Of a DNA stretch of 64,000 bases, positions 28,851 through 42,095 are shown in pieces. Under the pieces are notes generated by a model. That model saw only the letters and a list, made by a program, of their open reading frames with translations. It did not search any database and had not been told where the DNA came from. Source of the DNA: the human T2T-CHM13v2.0 reference genome, Homo sapiens; assembly GCF_009914755.1 (NCBI RefSeq), contig NC_060928.1, one strand, 5' to 3'. Made by a program: the position numbers and the translations under genes. Within the stretch, counting starts at the first letter, position 1, and the number at the start of each line of letters is the position of its first letter.

Positions 28851-29012
28851 AAAGGAAAATACACAATATAAAATTAATAATAGCTGATTTTAATACTCAT
28901 CTCTCAATAGTTAAGAGAAGAAATATATATATATGCATATACATGTATATATGTGTATGTGTGTATACACACTTTGGAATTGGATTAATTTAATTTTAAA
29001 AATAAAGATTTT

Positions 29013-29210
29013 TGTGTGTGTATATGTATTTCAGTACTGCCAGAAGTAAATTAAATATGTATATATTTAATTTGTTTTTACATTATTCATAAAATAATTA
29101 AAATAATCAAATTTTAATGAAATAACATTTAATTATTTAAATATAATTAAATATGTACATATTTAATTTAATTTTGAAGTACTGAATACATGCATACATA
29201 CATGCACACA
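29013..29210. repeat. AT-rich inverted repeat containing a perfect 24-bp palindrome (29145-29168)
   Basis: Arms ~29013-29072 and ~29145-29210 are imperfect reverse complements; aattaaatatgtacatatttaatt is self-complementary. Confidence 0.85.
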
Positions 29211-29871
29211 TATATATATACACAAATATATGCCTACATTATGCCTACAGACACAGAGAGATAGATATGAGCCATTTACCTAAGAATAGAGGCATGGATA
29301 GATGAAAACCAGCCCTTGCAACTGCTAATAATGCTCCTACCATAAAATTCAAACCAAAGCTATCTCAAATAAATATCTCCTGGTTAAAATGAAGGTAAGA
29401 CATTGACTACTATGATATTTAGATTTTTTACATTTGAACTTAAAAAATAATAATTTTATAAGAAAAAGTGAAATAAATGAATTACATTTTATAATAAAAT
29501 TATAACAAATAATTACATTATAAATATTAATATATCAATGTATTATATTAATATTGTATTAATATATTATCAAATATAATAATATTACCTTTATTTTATC
29601 TAAAATGGTATAATTTGTGGTAATATTCAACTTTTCATCTAGATTAATATATAATATTGTCTGATTAACATTTTGGACTCATAGAAGGATATGATTCAAG
29701 ATAATAAAAAAAGGGAATGTGTGAAGTTTTGTTCACTTCAGAGACCTTTGTATACAATGAATGAATTGACTAACTGTAGTCCATACAGAGTAGTTATAGA
29801 TACTGACATAAAGACACAAAAGAAATGGAAATGTTCATTGTTATGCATATGCCTTTTTATATCCATGCATA

Positions 29872-30220
29872 TGCAATGGTTTATTGTGTCCTCCTCAAAT
29901 TCATATGTTGAAACTTAATGACCAATATGATAGTCACAAGAAGTGGAGCCTTTAAAGGGTGCCTAAGTCATGAGAGCAGTCCTCATGAATGAGATTAGTG
30001 CCCTTACAAAAGAGGTTGAAGTGACCTGACTTTTCTCCTGAGGATGTAGTTTCATGGCACCATCTTCAAAGCAGAGAGAGAAGCCTTCACCAGACACTGA
30101 ATTCGCTGGCAACTTGATCTTGAACTTCCCAGCTTCAAAACTGTAGGAAATACATTTCTGTTCTTTGTGAATTACCCAGTCTAAGATATTTTGTTAAAGC
30201 AGTATGAACACACTAAAACA
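29872..30220 (+). mobile_element. MaLR solo LTR (MLT1A/MSTD-like)
   Basis: tgcaatggtt...aaattcatatgttgaaacttaa...ttagtgccctta...cttgaacttcccagc...ctaaaaca. TSD gcata/gcgta. Confidence 0.85.
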
Positions 30221-30283
30221 GCGTACCTACTTAAACAACAGCAACAACAAACAAACAAACAAACAAACTCAAATTTAAAAAAT

Positions 30284-30566
30284 GGCTGGGTGCAGTTTCT
30301 CACATTTGTAACACCAGCGCTTAGGGAGGCTAAGGGAGGAGGATCACTTGAGCCCAGCCATTCAAAACCAGCCTGGGCAACATCATGAGACCCCCATCTC
30401 CACAAAAAAATGAAAAAATTATTCAGACATGGTGGCATCCAAGTGTAGTCCCAGCTACTCAGAAGTATGAGCAGGCGGGATCACTTGAGCCTGGGAGGTT
30501 GAGGCTGTGGTGAGCTGTGATTGCGCCAGTGCACTCCAGCCTGGACCACAGAGCAAGACTCTGCTC
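30284..30566 (+). mobile_element. AluJ (Jo/Jr-like), poly(A) tail absent
   Basis: ggaggatcacttgagccc in the left arm and gggatcacttgagcct in the right arm; gaggctgtggtgagctgtgattg; high divergence. Confidence 0.9.
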
Positions 30567-31050
30567 CCCATCTCCCATAGACAGAATATGTTAGATTTTA
30601 TTACTGAGTTAAAAATACAGTGAAAAAGGATGACTTTTAGTAAAATAATAGCAGACCAATATACAAATAAAAGATCACAGAAACTGAGAGGATAGTCTAA
30701 ATATCTTTGCCTAAAAAATCAACAGATCCAAAGTATTTAGGTTCACGTTTCACCCAATCTTTCTAAAATAGGTATTTACTAAACTGTATAATTTTTGTAA
30801 AGCAGAGGAAAGACAAGAGAGTTTCATATTGGATTTATTTAAAGATAGAAGTAAGTAAATATATGTTAACAATTGAAGTACAATAGACTAATCATATTCA
30901 CGAAAGCAGATACAAACCTTCTAAATATAATAATAGCAACCAAATTTATCAGTACATTAAATGAATAAATATTAAAAGTACTGCCATAATAAAAAAATGG
31001 CAATTTTTAAATCAACCATGGTCTGCTTACATTTTGAAAAAATATATTTA

Positions 31051-31391
<341 letters not shown>

Positions 31392-31970
31392 TTATACGTT
31401 ACTAAAGGAAATATGTTTTGGTAAAATTTAACTCATACTTACTAATGTAGGAAATATGGAAACAAATTTGCTGTAATTTGATAGATGATATTTACTTGAA
31501 AAAATATAATGATGAAATATTAGAATATTTTATTAAAGGGAACAAAAATCAAGGATGTCTATCATCATAATTGCAACTCTATATCATATTGGAAATTCTA
31601 ACTAATTGAAATTACATAAACAAAATTTATACAATTGGACAGAAGTGACAGAAAACATAATTATTTTGCAAAGTTATAAGCAAATCAATTGACTTGATTG
31701 TTTAAGGACATCAAATAATTAATGTAAGCATGATTATTGGATCAAAAACAAATTTCAGTAAGGTAAACAGAAGATCCCAAGATAGTATATTTCTTGTTAT
31801 AAGTACCAAGAGTTATAATATGTAATGGAATAGAATTTTTCATTCACTGCAGTCATAATTATTACCAAACATTTCTAATAAATAATGAAGAAAGCATATT
31901 ACATAAAATAAATAAAATTTTGAATAAAAAGCAGACATTTTCTTGTGTGGAAAAATTAGTAAGGTTAATT

Positions 31971-32146
31971 CTGTGGTGAGCTGTGATTGCACCAGTGCAC
32001 TCCAGCCTGGGCCACAGAGCAAGACTCTGCTCCCCATCCCCCATAGACAGAATATGTTAGATTTTATTATTGAGTTAAAAATACAGTTAAAAAGGATGAC
32101 TTTTAGTAAAATAATAACAGACCAATATACAAATAAAAGATCACAG
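31971..32146 (+). repeat. 176-bp direct copy of 30505-30680 (AluJ 3' end plus flank)
   Basis: Ungapped alignment with 6 mismatches in 176 nt. Confidence 0.97.
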
Positions 32147-32154
32147 CAACATAC

Positions 32155-32600
32155 TGTATTACTCAGAGTTCTCTAGAGGGACAGAACTAATAGGATAGAT
32201 GTATATGTAAAGGGGAGTTTATTATGGAGTATTAACTCACATGATCATAAGGTCCCACAATAGGCATCTGCAAGCTGAAGAGCAAGGAAGCCAGCCCAAG
32301 TCCCAAAGCTGAAAAACTTGGAGTCTGATGTTCAAGGGCAGGAAGCATCCAGCATAAAAGAAAATGTAGGGTGGGAGGCTAAGCCAGTCTGGTCTTTTCG
32401 TACTCTTCTGCCTGCTTTTTATTCTGGTTGCAAAGGCAGCTGATTAGATTGTGCCCACCAGGATTAAGGATGGGTCTGCCTTTCCCATTCCACTGACTCA
32501 AATGATAATCTCCTTTGGTAACACCCTCACGGACACACCCACGAACAAAACTTGGCATCCTTCAATTCAATCAAGTTGACACTCAGTATTAACCATCACA
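32155..32600 (-). mobile_element. HERVL solo LTR, MLT2A1/MLT2A2
   Basis: tgtattactcagagttctctagagggacagaactaatagga...caagttgacactcagtattaaccatcaca. Perfect 5-bp TSD catac (32150-32154, 32601-32605). Confidence 0.95.
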
Positions 32601-33689
32601 CATACTATGGAACTTTGGCAGTATAACCTTGCATTAACAAAAATATGATATGTAAAAAATAATCAGAATTTGGTTCTGCTACTACTTGCTTTGGTTTTAG
32701 ATCCTCTAACAACATTCTGCATGATCCTTTCAGATTTTCTAAAGAACAGACCGATAAATTAAATGGTAATAGAATGGAACTAGCACCCTACATATGCAGA
32801 TCTTTTAGAGTGGAATTTGTCTTTCTCATCATACCCAGTTGTGATATTGTTTGCAATTTACTGTCTTATCTGGAGGGTTGAAGGTAGTTCCAGGAGCTGA
32901 CACTGGTGGTTTTGCCAACTGCAAGGCGAGTTCATTCCAATTATACATCCATGGTTTGGGAAAAGAACTACAGAGTGGTTCTTTATTCTGGTGGACTCAT
33001 GAACTGACAGAAACTCATTTATTCCTTGGCCCACATATGCCCTGACTCTAAGTGTGGTTATAATGATGTGTCAGGTTTTTATTTAAGTGTCAATATTCTC
33101 TTGGAACCTGAAATATCTGTGAATTTCCCTTTTCCTCATGTAAGTTACATAAATAAATGATCATAATTCTCTTGGGGGAAGGGCAGGTTTATCCTTACCA
33201 AATATTTCTGATTCCTGAAGCTTGGGCTCTGTGTTAGTTGATGGGTCCTGGGTAGTCAATGTGTTCTGGGTATAATTACTAGCTTAGATCTAGAAACTGC
33301 ATAAATCTACCACTAGCCTTCTGTTTATTCATCTTCAATTATTTTTGGTTGTGTAAATTGACTAGCATTATTGCTGGATGGTTATGGAGGCTGCCTTTAG
33401 GAGCACTATTCTGTTATTTTAACCATAGCTTTCTGAGTCCAGGACTTCTAACCACCATTCTGATATTTCTCTTCTTTACAATAACTTTCACCAACTGACC
33501 TCTGGTGCTTAAGAATTCATACCTAGATCTAATTACTTAGGGGTCTTTTTGTCTGGATTGTTCACAAAGTGGCTAGTTACATAATAGTATCTTCAATTGT
33601 CCCTTCTGGCTTTCAGATGACAGAGATGACAGCCATCACTGAAATTTCAAAGAACTCTGGCACTTTTTTAAAATTATTATTCTCATTTT

Positions 33690-34232
33690 AATTGTTTATT
33701 TTTATAAGTTCAACTTTTTATAGATTTGGGGATAGATATAAAGGTTTGTCACCTAGGTATATTTTGTGATGCTGGTTTGGGGTACGTTTGGTCCTGTCAT
33801 GCAGGTACTGAGCATACTTAGTACCTAATAGTTACTCAACCCTTGCCAACCTTTCTCCCTCTTTCTTCTAGTAGTCCTCAGTATCTATTGTTCTCATCTT
33901 TGTGTTTATCTGTGCTCAATGTTTAACTCTCACTTATACGTGAGAACATGTGACATTTAGTTTTTTGTTCCTGCCTTAATTTGCTTAATGGCCTCTAGCT
34001 GTATTCATGTTTCTGCAAAAGACATGGTTTTATTCTTTTTTATGGCTACATAGTGGACCATTCTATGGTGTATATGTACTGTGTTTTCTTCATCCATTCA
34101 ATCATTGATGGGCATCTAGGTTGGTTTCATGTCTTTCCTGTGATGAATAGTACTGTGATGGACATATGGGTACATGTGTCTTTTTGTAGAATAATTTATT
34201 TTCTTTGGAATATACGCTTAGCAATAGGATTC
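33690..34232 (-). mobile_element. L1PA15/16-like 3' end
   Basis: ttcaactttt...gtactgagcata...ctagtagtcctcagtatctattgtt...cacttatacgtgagaacatg...ttgatgggcatctaggttggttt. Confidence 0.85.
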
Positions 34233-34953
34233 TAGAACATTTCTTACAGCCTTGTAAAATAGAGTGTTTATCAGACTCTCTAGTGACACTATTATTCTAT
34301 AATGAGTCTCCAGTAATAGTTATACTTCATAGTATGCTCACTCTCAAAGGCTTTGTTCTCTCCCTCTACAATGTGCCACAGCTGTTCTGGTCATTTTATT
34401 CACTTAACATGAACTTTCGCTTTTCACAAAGCTTCTAAGAGACAACCTAGGGATGTGTTAACAATGTTTTTGAGTTATTACCGAAGTGTCAAATCCTACG
34501 AAATAACCATATCTTATTTCCATATTAATAAACTGTCATTTATTGAATCCTGTTTTCTTGTTCTTTTGGATTTATACCCTCAGAATCTAGTCTTATACAT
34601 TGTATTATTGCTGGTATTAATATTTTCTATAGCTTTTGGAGGTATAATACTTTTTTCCATGATTAGGTCCTAATCTCTCCAGTGAAGATATGTAAGACTT
34701 TAATCATTGGTCTGCTAACAGGAGGAAAATTGGGAGCAGATTCTGAAAATGTTTTGCTTCTCAAGGCAGAGGCCTCTGTATCAATCACCGTCATGAAGCA
34801 ATAATATGGGGAACAGTATTCTCTGGCAATGTGAAGGTAACTATTTCTATAAACTGAGAATGTTCAGGGGACTCTGGGCTGCTACAAAGCAGATGTCATC
34901 ATCACACACTTCAGGGTCTCAGGACTTTGGCACAGAGGACCGGCTATGGTTAA

Positions 34954-35953
34954 AAATTTATTTAAGTTCCTTTGTAGATTCTGGATATTAGATCTTTGTC
35001 AGATGTGTAGATTGCAAAAATATTCTTCCATTCTGTAGGTTGCCTGTTCACTCTGATGATAGTTTCTTTTGCTGTGCAGAAGCTCCTTAGTTTAATAAGA
35101 TCCCATTTGTCAATTTCAGCTTTTGTTGCAATTGTTTTTGGTGTTTTTTGTCATTAAGTCTTTGCCCATGCCTGTGTCCTGAATTGTATTGCCTAGGTTT
35201 TCTTCTAGGGTTTTCATGGCTTGGGGTTTTACATTTAAGTATTTAATCCATCTTGAGTTAATTTTTGTATAAGGTGTAAGGAATGGGTCCAGTTTCAGTT
35301 TTCTTCGTATGCCTAGCCCATTTTCCCAGCACCATTTATTAAATAGGGAATCCTTTCCCCATTGATTTTTTTTGTCTGATTTGCAGAAGGTCAGATGTTT
35401 GTAGATGTGTGGTATTATTTCTGAGGTCTCTGTTCTATTTTATTGGTTTATATGTCTGTCTTGGTACCAGTACCATGCTGCTTTGGTTACTGTAGCTTTG
35501 TAGTATAGTTTGAAGTTAGGTAGCATGATGCCTCCAGCTTTGTTCTTTTTGCTTAGGATTGTTTTGGCTATAGAGGCTCTTTTTTGGTTCCATATGAAAT
35601 TTAAAGTAGTTCTTTCTAATTCTGTGAAGTATGTCAATGTCAATGAAGAATATGTGAAGAACATGAAGAATAGGATTGAATGTATACATAAATTTGGGCA
35701 GTACAGCATTTTCATGTTATTGATTCTTTCTATCTGTGAGGATGGAATGTTTTTCCATTTTTCTATCCGTGAGTATGGAATGTTTTTCCATTTGCTTGTA
35801 TCCTCTCTTATTTCCTTGAGCAGGGGTGATAGTTCTCCTTGACAAGGTCCTTCACATCCCTTGTTAGACGGATTCTTAGGTATTTTATCCTCCTTGTAGC
35901 AATTGCGAATGGGAGTTCATTCATGATTTGGCTCTCTGTCTATTGTTGGTGTA
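34954..35953 (-). mobile_element. L1PA ORF2 segment: inverted 5' part of a twin-primed L1
   Basis: The antisense frame encodes an L1 ORF2 peptide ([55 protein letters not shown]). Confidence 0.95.
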
Positions 35954-35958
35954 CTCGA

Positions 35959-36872
35959 ATCCAGAATCTACAAGAAACTTAAGCAAATTTACAAGAAAAA
36001 AACAAATGACCCCACCAAAAAGTGGGCAAAGGATATGAACAGACACTTCTCAAAAGAAGACATTTTTGTGGCCAACAAACATATGAAAAAAGCTCAACAT
36101 CACTGATCGTTAGAGAAATGCATATTAAAACCATAACAAGATACCATCTCATGCCAGTCAGAATGGCGATTATTAAAAAGTCAAGAAACAATAGATGCTG
36201 GCGAGGCTGTGGAGAAATAGATATGCTTTTACGTTGTTGATGGGAATGTAAATTAGTTCAACCATTGTGGAAGACAGTATGGTGATTCCTCAAGGTTCTA
36301 GAACCAGAAATACCATTTGACCCAGCAATGTCATTACTGGGTATGTACCCAAAGGAATATAAATCATTCTACTATCAAGACACATGCACACATGTGTTTG
36401 TTGCAGCACTATTTACAATAGCAAAGACATGGAACTAGTCTCAAATGTCCATCGATGATAGGCTAGATAAAGAAAATGTGGTACATATACACCATGGAAT
36501 ACTAAGCAGCCATAAAAAGGAGTAAAATCATGTCCTTCGCAGGAAGATGGATGAAGCTGGAAGCCGTTATTCTCAGCAAACTAACACAAGAACAGAAAAC
36601 CAAACACCACATGTCCTTACTCCTAAGTGGGATTTGAACAATGAGAACACATGGACACAAGGAAGGGAACAACACACAGCAGGGCAAGTTGGGGGGTAGG
36701 GGGGTGAGAGGAGGGAGAACATTAGGACAAATAGCTAATGCATGTGGGGCTTAAAACCTAGGTGACAGGTTGACAGGTACAGCCAACCACCATGGCACAC
36801 ATATACCTATGTAACAAACCTACATATTCTGCACTTGTATCCCGGAACTTAAAGTACAACTTAAAAAGAAAA
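35959..36872 (+). mobile_element. L1PA8-L1PA10-like ORF2 C-terminus, 3'UTR and A-rich tail
   Basis: [35 protein letters not shown]; 3'UTR ggggcttaaaacctag...ccaccatggcac...ggaacttaaagt. Confidence 0.95.
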
Positions 36873-37356
36873 CAGAAAATTCAACGTTCTCTGGAGTTCT
36901 GCTACTTTTCTATAAAAGTTCCAGGCATAGCCTTCAACTTTCTACCATCAGCTTATTCTACAAAATGAAGGTTCTCTGGCTTTCTCTCTTAGCTTTCAAT
37001 TGGTGATTGATCACTCTCAAACTTTGTTTTTATTTCTCCAACCACAAAACTGCTTCCAACAGCAGAAGCCATCTGATATCATTATTCTTATACTACAGTT
37101 TCCCCCATATTTCTTTAACGCTCTGATACATTGCACTCATCAGTTCATTTCCTTCCAGTATTATTTCATCTTAAGTCACTACTAATGAAAGTTTAATGAT
37201 CATACTGCTATCACATACCGGGAGCTTTATGAGCTCCACCTACCCACCAGTGATGGGGTCCTAATTGATTGGTGGACAATACAGCTGCAAATTCCATTTC
37301 CTGTAAATCCCCAAATCCCATAAAATACTCTTTTGAGACCACTTCTAGTAGCAAAT

Positions 37357-38106
<750 letters not shown>

Positions 38107-38329
38107 TAACTGGTGCTTTTATTATGTATGCTCTTTATATCCTTTGCTCTTACATATTTTTATTCTTATAGTTTGTTCTTAAGACATACTCTTTTTCTTA
38201 AATAGCACATCCATACAAATTCTATGCTCAATTTTCCATATTTTTAATTTATTTTAATACAAGTTCTTTGTCTTTTAAAGTTCGAAATGTGTGACGTTAA
38301 CAAATGTCTAGGCATATAGCTGTTATTTT

Positions 38330-38629
38330 TTATTTTTTATTTATTTATTTATTTTTTTGAGACAGTGTCTTGCTCTATCACCAGGATGGAGTGCAGTGGC
38401 ACGATCTTGGCTGACTGCAATCTCCACCTCTAGGGTTCAAGCGATTTGCCTGTCTCAGTCTCCCAAGTAGCTGGGATTACAGGTGTACAACACCATGCCT
38501 GGCTCATTTTTTGTATTTTAGTAGAGACGGGGTTTCACCGTGTTGGCCAAGATGGTCTTTATCTCCTGACCTCATGATCCGCCCACCTAGGCCTCCCAAA
38601 CTGCTGGGATTACAGGCGTGAGCCATCGT
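38330..38629 (-). mobile_element. AluSc, slightly 5'-truncated
   Basis: tcaccaggatgg; gtattttagtag; ggccaagatggtc. TSD gctgttatttt (38319-38329, 38630-38640). Confidence 0.93.
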
Positions 38630-38773
38630 GCTGTTATTTTACTTCTCATTAAGTCATGTTGGATTTCCTTATCATAGTCCTGTTATGAAATGGTTTTTAA
38701 GTGATTTGTATTTTTCATCAACTTTTAAAAATTTCTTTGTCTTCTATTATATAAGAGCAATAGGTAATGCAAC

Positions 38774-38953
38774 AACGCTAATTTCTTATGAAAAATCCCA
38801 CAGACACACCAGAAATAATGTTTGGTAAACTATCTGGGCATCCTGTGGTCCAGTCAAGTTGGCATACAATTAAACAGCACATTTACCAATTTACATATGT
38901 TGCCACATACAGTAGATTTTTTCAGTCCCTATCTTGCAATGTCTCCTATTAGC
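38774..38953 (+). repeat. ~180-bp direct copy of the MLT2 end plus flank (matches ~40979-41015 joined to 42025-42163)
   Basis: 38811-38953 vs 42025-42163 show 15 substitutions and one 4-nt gap over 139 aligned nt. Confidence 0.92.
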
Positions 38954-39419
38954 AACATTGACCATTTTACTTCCAAATTGCCTTTACTATTCTTTGTAGG
39001 CTGCTTTACATAATGCAACTTATAGAAAATATTCATATCTTTTTGTTTTAATATTTTGTTTTAGCTTCACCCCTCATGGATATTGGCTTTAGGTTTGAGA
39101 ATTTTAAATATGAAGCTAACTGGGAAATTTGTCAATTTCACTTCAGTTTTGGCTTCTACGTTTGGATGTATTTGATAAGATCTCTTCAACAATTTTATTA
39201 CATAGAGTTAAAATTAGAATATTAAACTAATCATTTTGTAGCTCATTGGATTTTTTAACTGGAGTGCATGCCATTTTATGATAGTGGTATTAGAAAAGCC
39301 AGTGAATAAAATAACATTGCATTTTAAGTTTAAAAATAGAAACTGTTGTGCCAATAGTGTAAGTTTAGTTACACTATTGAGTAAATAAAAGAATATTATG
39401 TTTCAACCACTTACTTCAT

Positions 39420-40625
39420 AACCTCATGACACTTATTTGTCCATTGGTTACTATATCAAAAGCGTAGAGGACTTTATTTCCTGAACTCCTTTATGTTATC
39501 ACTATCACAGATACTGCCACCATTTTATGAGATTTCAATAGACAACAAAGCCTCAAGAACTCTCTTACTCAGTTCATGACTTCTTAATCCCCAAAGAATT
39601 TTTCTTTCTCTTCTCTAAAACATTCATTTACATAGTCACAGTCTCAAAATGAGATAAGCATAAAAACGTGTGCCAAAGCACTAATAAATTAATTTTATTG
39701 CTTAACTATAAAATCTCATTTTTACAGTGCAGTTTTTAACCTCATTATAGCTTTCATTCAATTGATATTGAAAATCTATCACCATATTTAATTTATGGAT
39801 TTTCCTCATTGTACATCACTGTTATCATTTTGTGGGTACCATCAATTAATCTCCACCCTTTCTTCTCTCCCTCTCCTTTTTGTCCTACCTGCTTGAAAAA
39901 CACTTTATTCTCTAATGAACCTAATGTAAACTCTTTTGGCACCCATACTGTGAATCTAACAATAGTTGGAGGAAATAAAATATATCCAAGCTAAGGTAAT
40001 TGTATTTTAAAGATCACCAAATTCAACTCTCCCACTACACTCTGTTTCTTCAGGTCAATGATTTCATAATTCAATATTGCTTTTTGAACCTTTCACTTCT
40101 TCATGTGCCTATGTTTCCATTCCTCAGTTACTGACCTACACTTCTATTTTATTTAATAAATAAAAAATGGATTGTAACTCTCTTTATTTCCACTTAATGT
40201 TCATATATGGAGATTTTTACAACTGTACTGTGTCCTCTTGTAACAATAATATCATTCCTATCAAAATCCAATTTCTCTTTAAGTATCCAGGATTTCGTCT
40301 TTCTCTACTTAGAAAATATCCATAATTTGGTATCCTATTTTGATTTCACTATTTATACCTCTCCACATTAACTCAATTACTTTAACATTTTTATAATCAT
40401 ACAAACATAATTTGTGTACTCTTATTAAAAATAAAATAGGACAAGCAAAGAAGCAAATGAACTACATGTGTTGACCCTACTATTTCCTAAATCTACTGAT
40501 ATCTGCTCATCTACACTGTAAAGGATGCTCTAAATTTCATGGTTCAATTTTTTTCTCATTTATTTTTTAGCTTACTTCTATGTGCCATATCCACCCACCA
40601 ATGTGCTAAAATTTTGCTATAAATT
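39420..40625 (+). mobile_element. Degraded LINE-2 internal fragments (continuing at ~42100-43620)
   Basis: gagatttcaataga...catgacttcttaatcc; gacttccaaaatttatgtctcc; ctcaaatgtcagc; tgcacagcagccaga. Confidence 0.55.
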
Positions 40626-40628
40626 CAC

Positions 40629-42095
40629 TGTATTAGTCAGTGTTCTCCAGTGAAACAGAATCAATAGGATACACATACACACATATATACATAGAAATTT
40701 ATTATAAGGTATTGACTTCTGTGATTATGGAGGCTGAGAAGTTTTACAGTCAGCCATCTACAAGCTGGAGACCCTGGAAAGCCAGTGGTATAGTCCAAAG
40801 TCCAGAGAGCCAGGGACACCAAGGGGATGGGAGGATCAATGTCTCAGCTAAAGAGTAAAACACACTTAATTCAACCTTCCTCTACCTTATTGTTCTATTC
40901 AGTCTCTCAAAGAATTGAATGCTTTGCATCCACAAGGAGGAGGGCCATCTGTTTTACTCCATCCACAAATTCAAATGAAATGATAATCTTCTATGGAAAC
41001 TCTCACAGACACACCTGTTGCGGGAAGTCAGGGACCCCGAACAGAGGGACTGGCTGGAGCAGCAGCAGAGAAACATAAATTGTGAAGATTTCATGGACAT
41101 TTACGAGTTCCCAAATAATACTCTTATAATTTCTTACACCTGTTTTACTTTAATCTCTTAATCCTATTATCTTTGTAAGCTGAGGATGTACGTCACCTGA
41201 GGTCCACTATTGTGTTAACTGTGGAAATTGATGTAAAACGTGTGTTTGAACAATCTGAAATCAGTGCACCTTGAAAAAGAACAGAATAGCAGCGATTTTC
41301 AGGGAACAAGGGAAGACAACCATAAGGTCTGACTGCCTGCAGGGTTGGGCAGAATACAGCCACATTTTTCTTCTTTCAGAGAGCCTATAAACGGATGTGC
41401 AAGTAGGGAAGATATCGCTAAATTCTTCTCCTAGCAAGGAATATTAATATTAAGACCCTGGGAAAGGAATTGCATTCCGAGGGAGAATTCTATAAATGGC
41501 CGCTCTGGGAGTGTCTGACTTACACAGTTGAGATAAGGACTGAAATAACACCCTGGTCTCCTGCAGTACCCTCAGGCTTACTAGGATTAGAAAACCCCAC
41601 CCTGGTAAATTTGAGGTCAGACTAGTTATCTGCTCTTGAACCCTGTTTTCTTTTGTTTAAAATGTTTATCAAGACAATATGTGCACAGCTGAACACAGAC
41701 CCTTACCAGTAGTTCTGTTTTGCCCTTGGCCTGTTTCCTCAGAAGCATGTGATCTTTGTTCCCATTTTTGCCCTTTGAAGCATGTGATCTTGTGACCTAC
41801 TCCCTGTTCGTGCACCCCCTCCCCTTTTGAAATCCTTATAAAACTTGCTGGCTTTAAGGCTCAGGTGGGCATCACGGTCCTACTGATATGTGATGTCACC
41901 CCTGGACGCCCAGCTGTAAAATTCCTGTCTTTGTACTCTTTCTCTTTCTCAGCCAGCCGACACTTACGGAAAATAGAAAGAACCTATGTTGAAATACTGG
42001 TGGCGGGTTCCCCTGATACACACCAGAAATAATGTTTAGTAAACTATCTGTGAATCCTGTGGCCCAGTCAAGTTGACATATAATTAAACATCACA
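40629..42095 (-). mobile_element. ERVL LTR MLT2B/D-like, split by MER11 (pieces 40629-41015 and 42019-42095)
   Basis: tgtattagtcagtgttctccagtgaaacagaatcaatagga...gtgattatggaggctgagaag...cagtcaagttgacat...taaacatcaca. Confidence 0.9.
41016..42018 (+). mobile_element. MER11 (HERVK11/HML-8) solo LTR
   Basis: Starts tgttgcgggaagtcagggacccc, ends gcgggttcccctgata. Perfect 6-bp TSD cacacc (41010-41015, 42019-42024). Confidence 0.95.

Larger units (their letters stand above)
32606..37350 (-). mobile_element. Ancient ERVL internal region (ERV3-16A3/HERV16-like), in pieces at ~32606-33660, ~34230-34945 and ~36880-37350
   Basis: Degenerate gag-like antisense sequence. accacttctagtagcaa (~37339-37355) resembles the ERVL internal start (reverse complement of ttggtaccagaagtgg) and directly adjoins LTR16A. 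Confidence 0.55.

Noticed and set aside
28819-28919. Weak inverted similarity between two short L1-endonuclease-like stretches
   Set aside because: Too short and divergent to separate a fold-back from adjacent opposite-strand L1 fragments or chance.
35440-36240. L1 ORF2 peptides as a functional reverse transcriptase gene
   Set aside because: The element is 5'-truncated, inverted and broken by stops and frameshifts.
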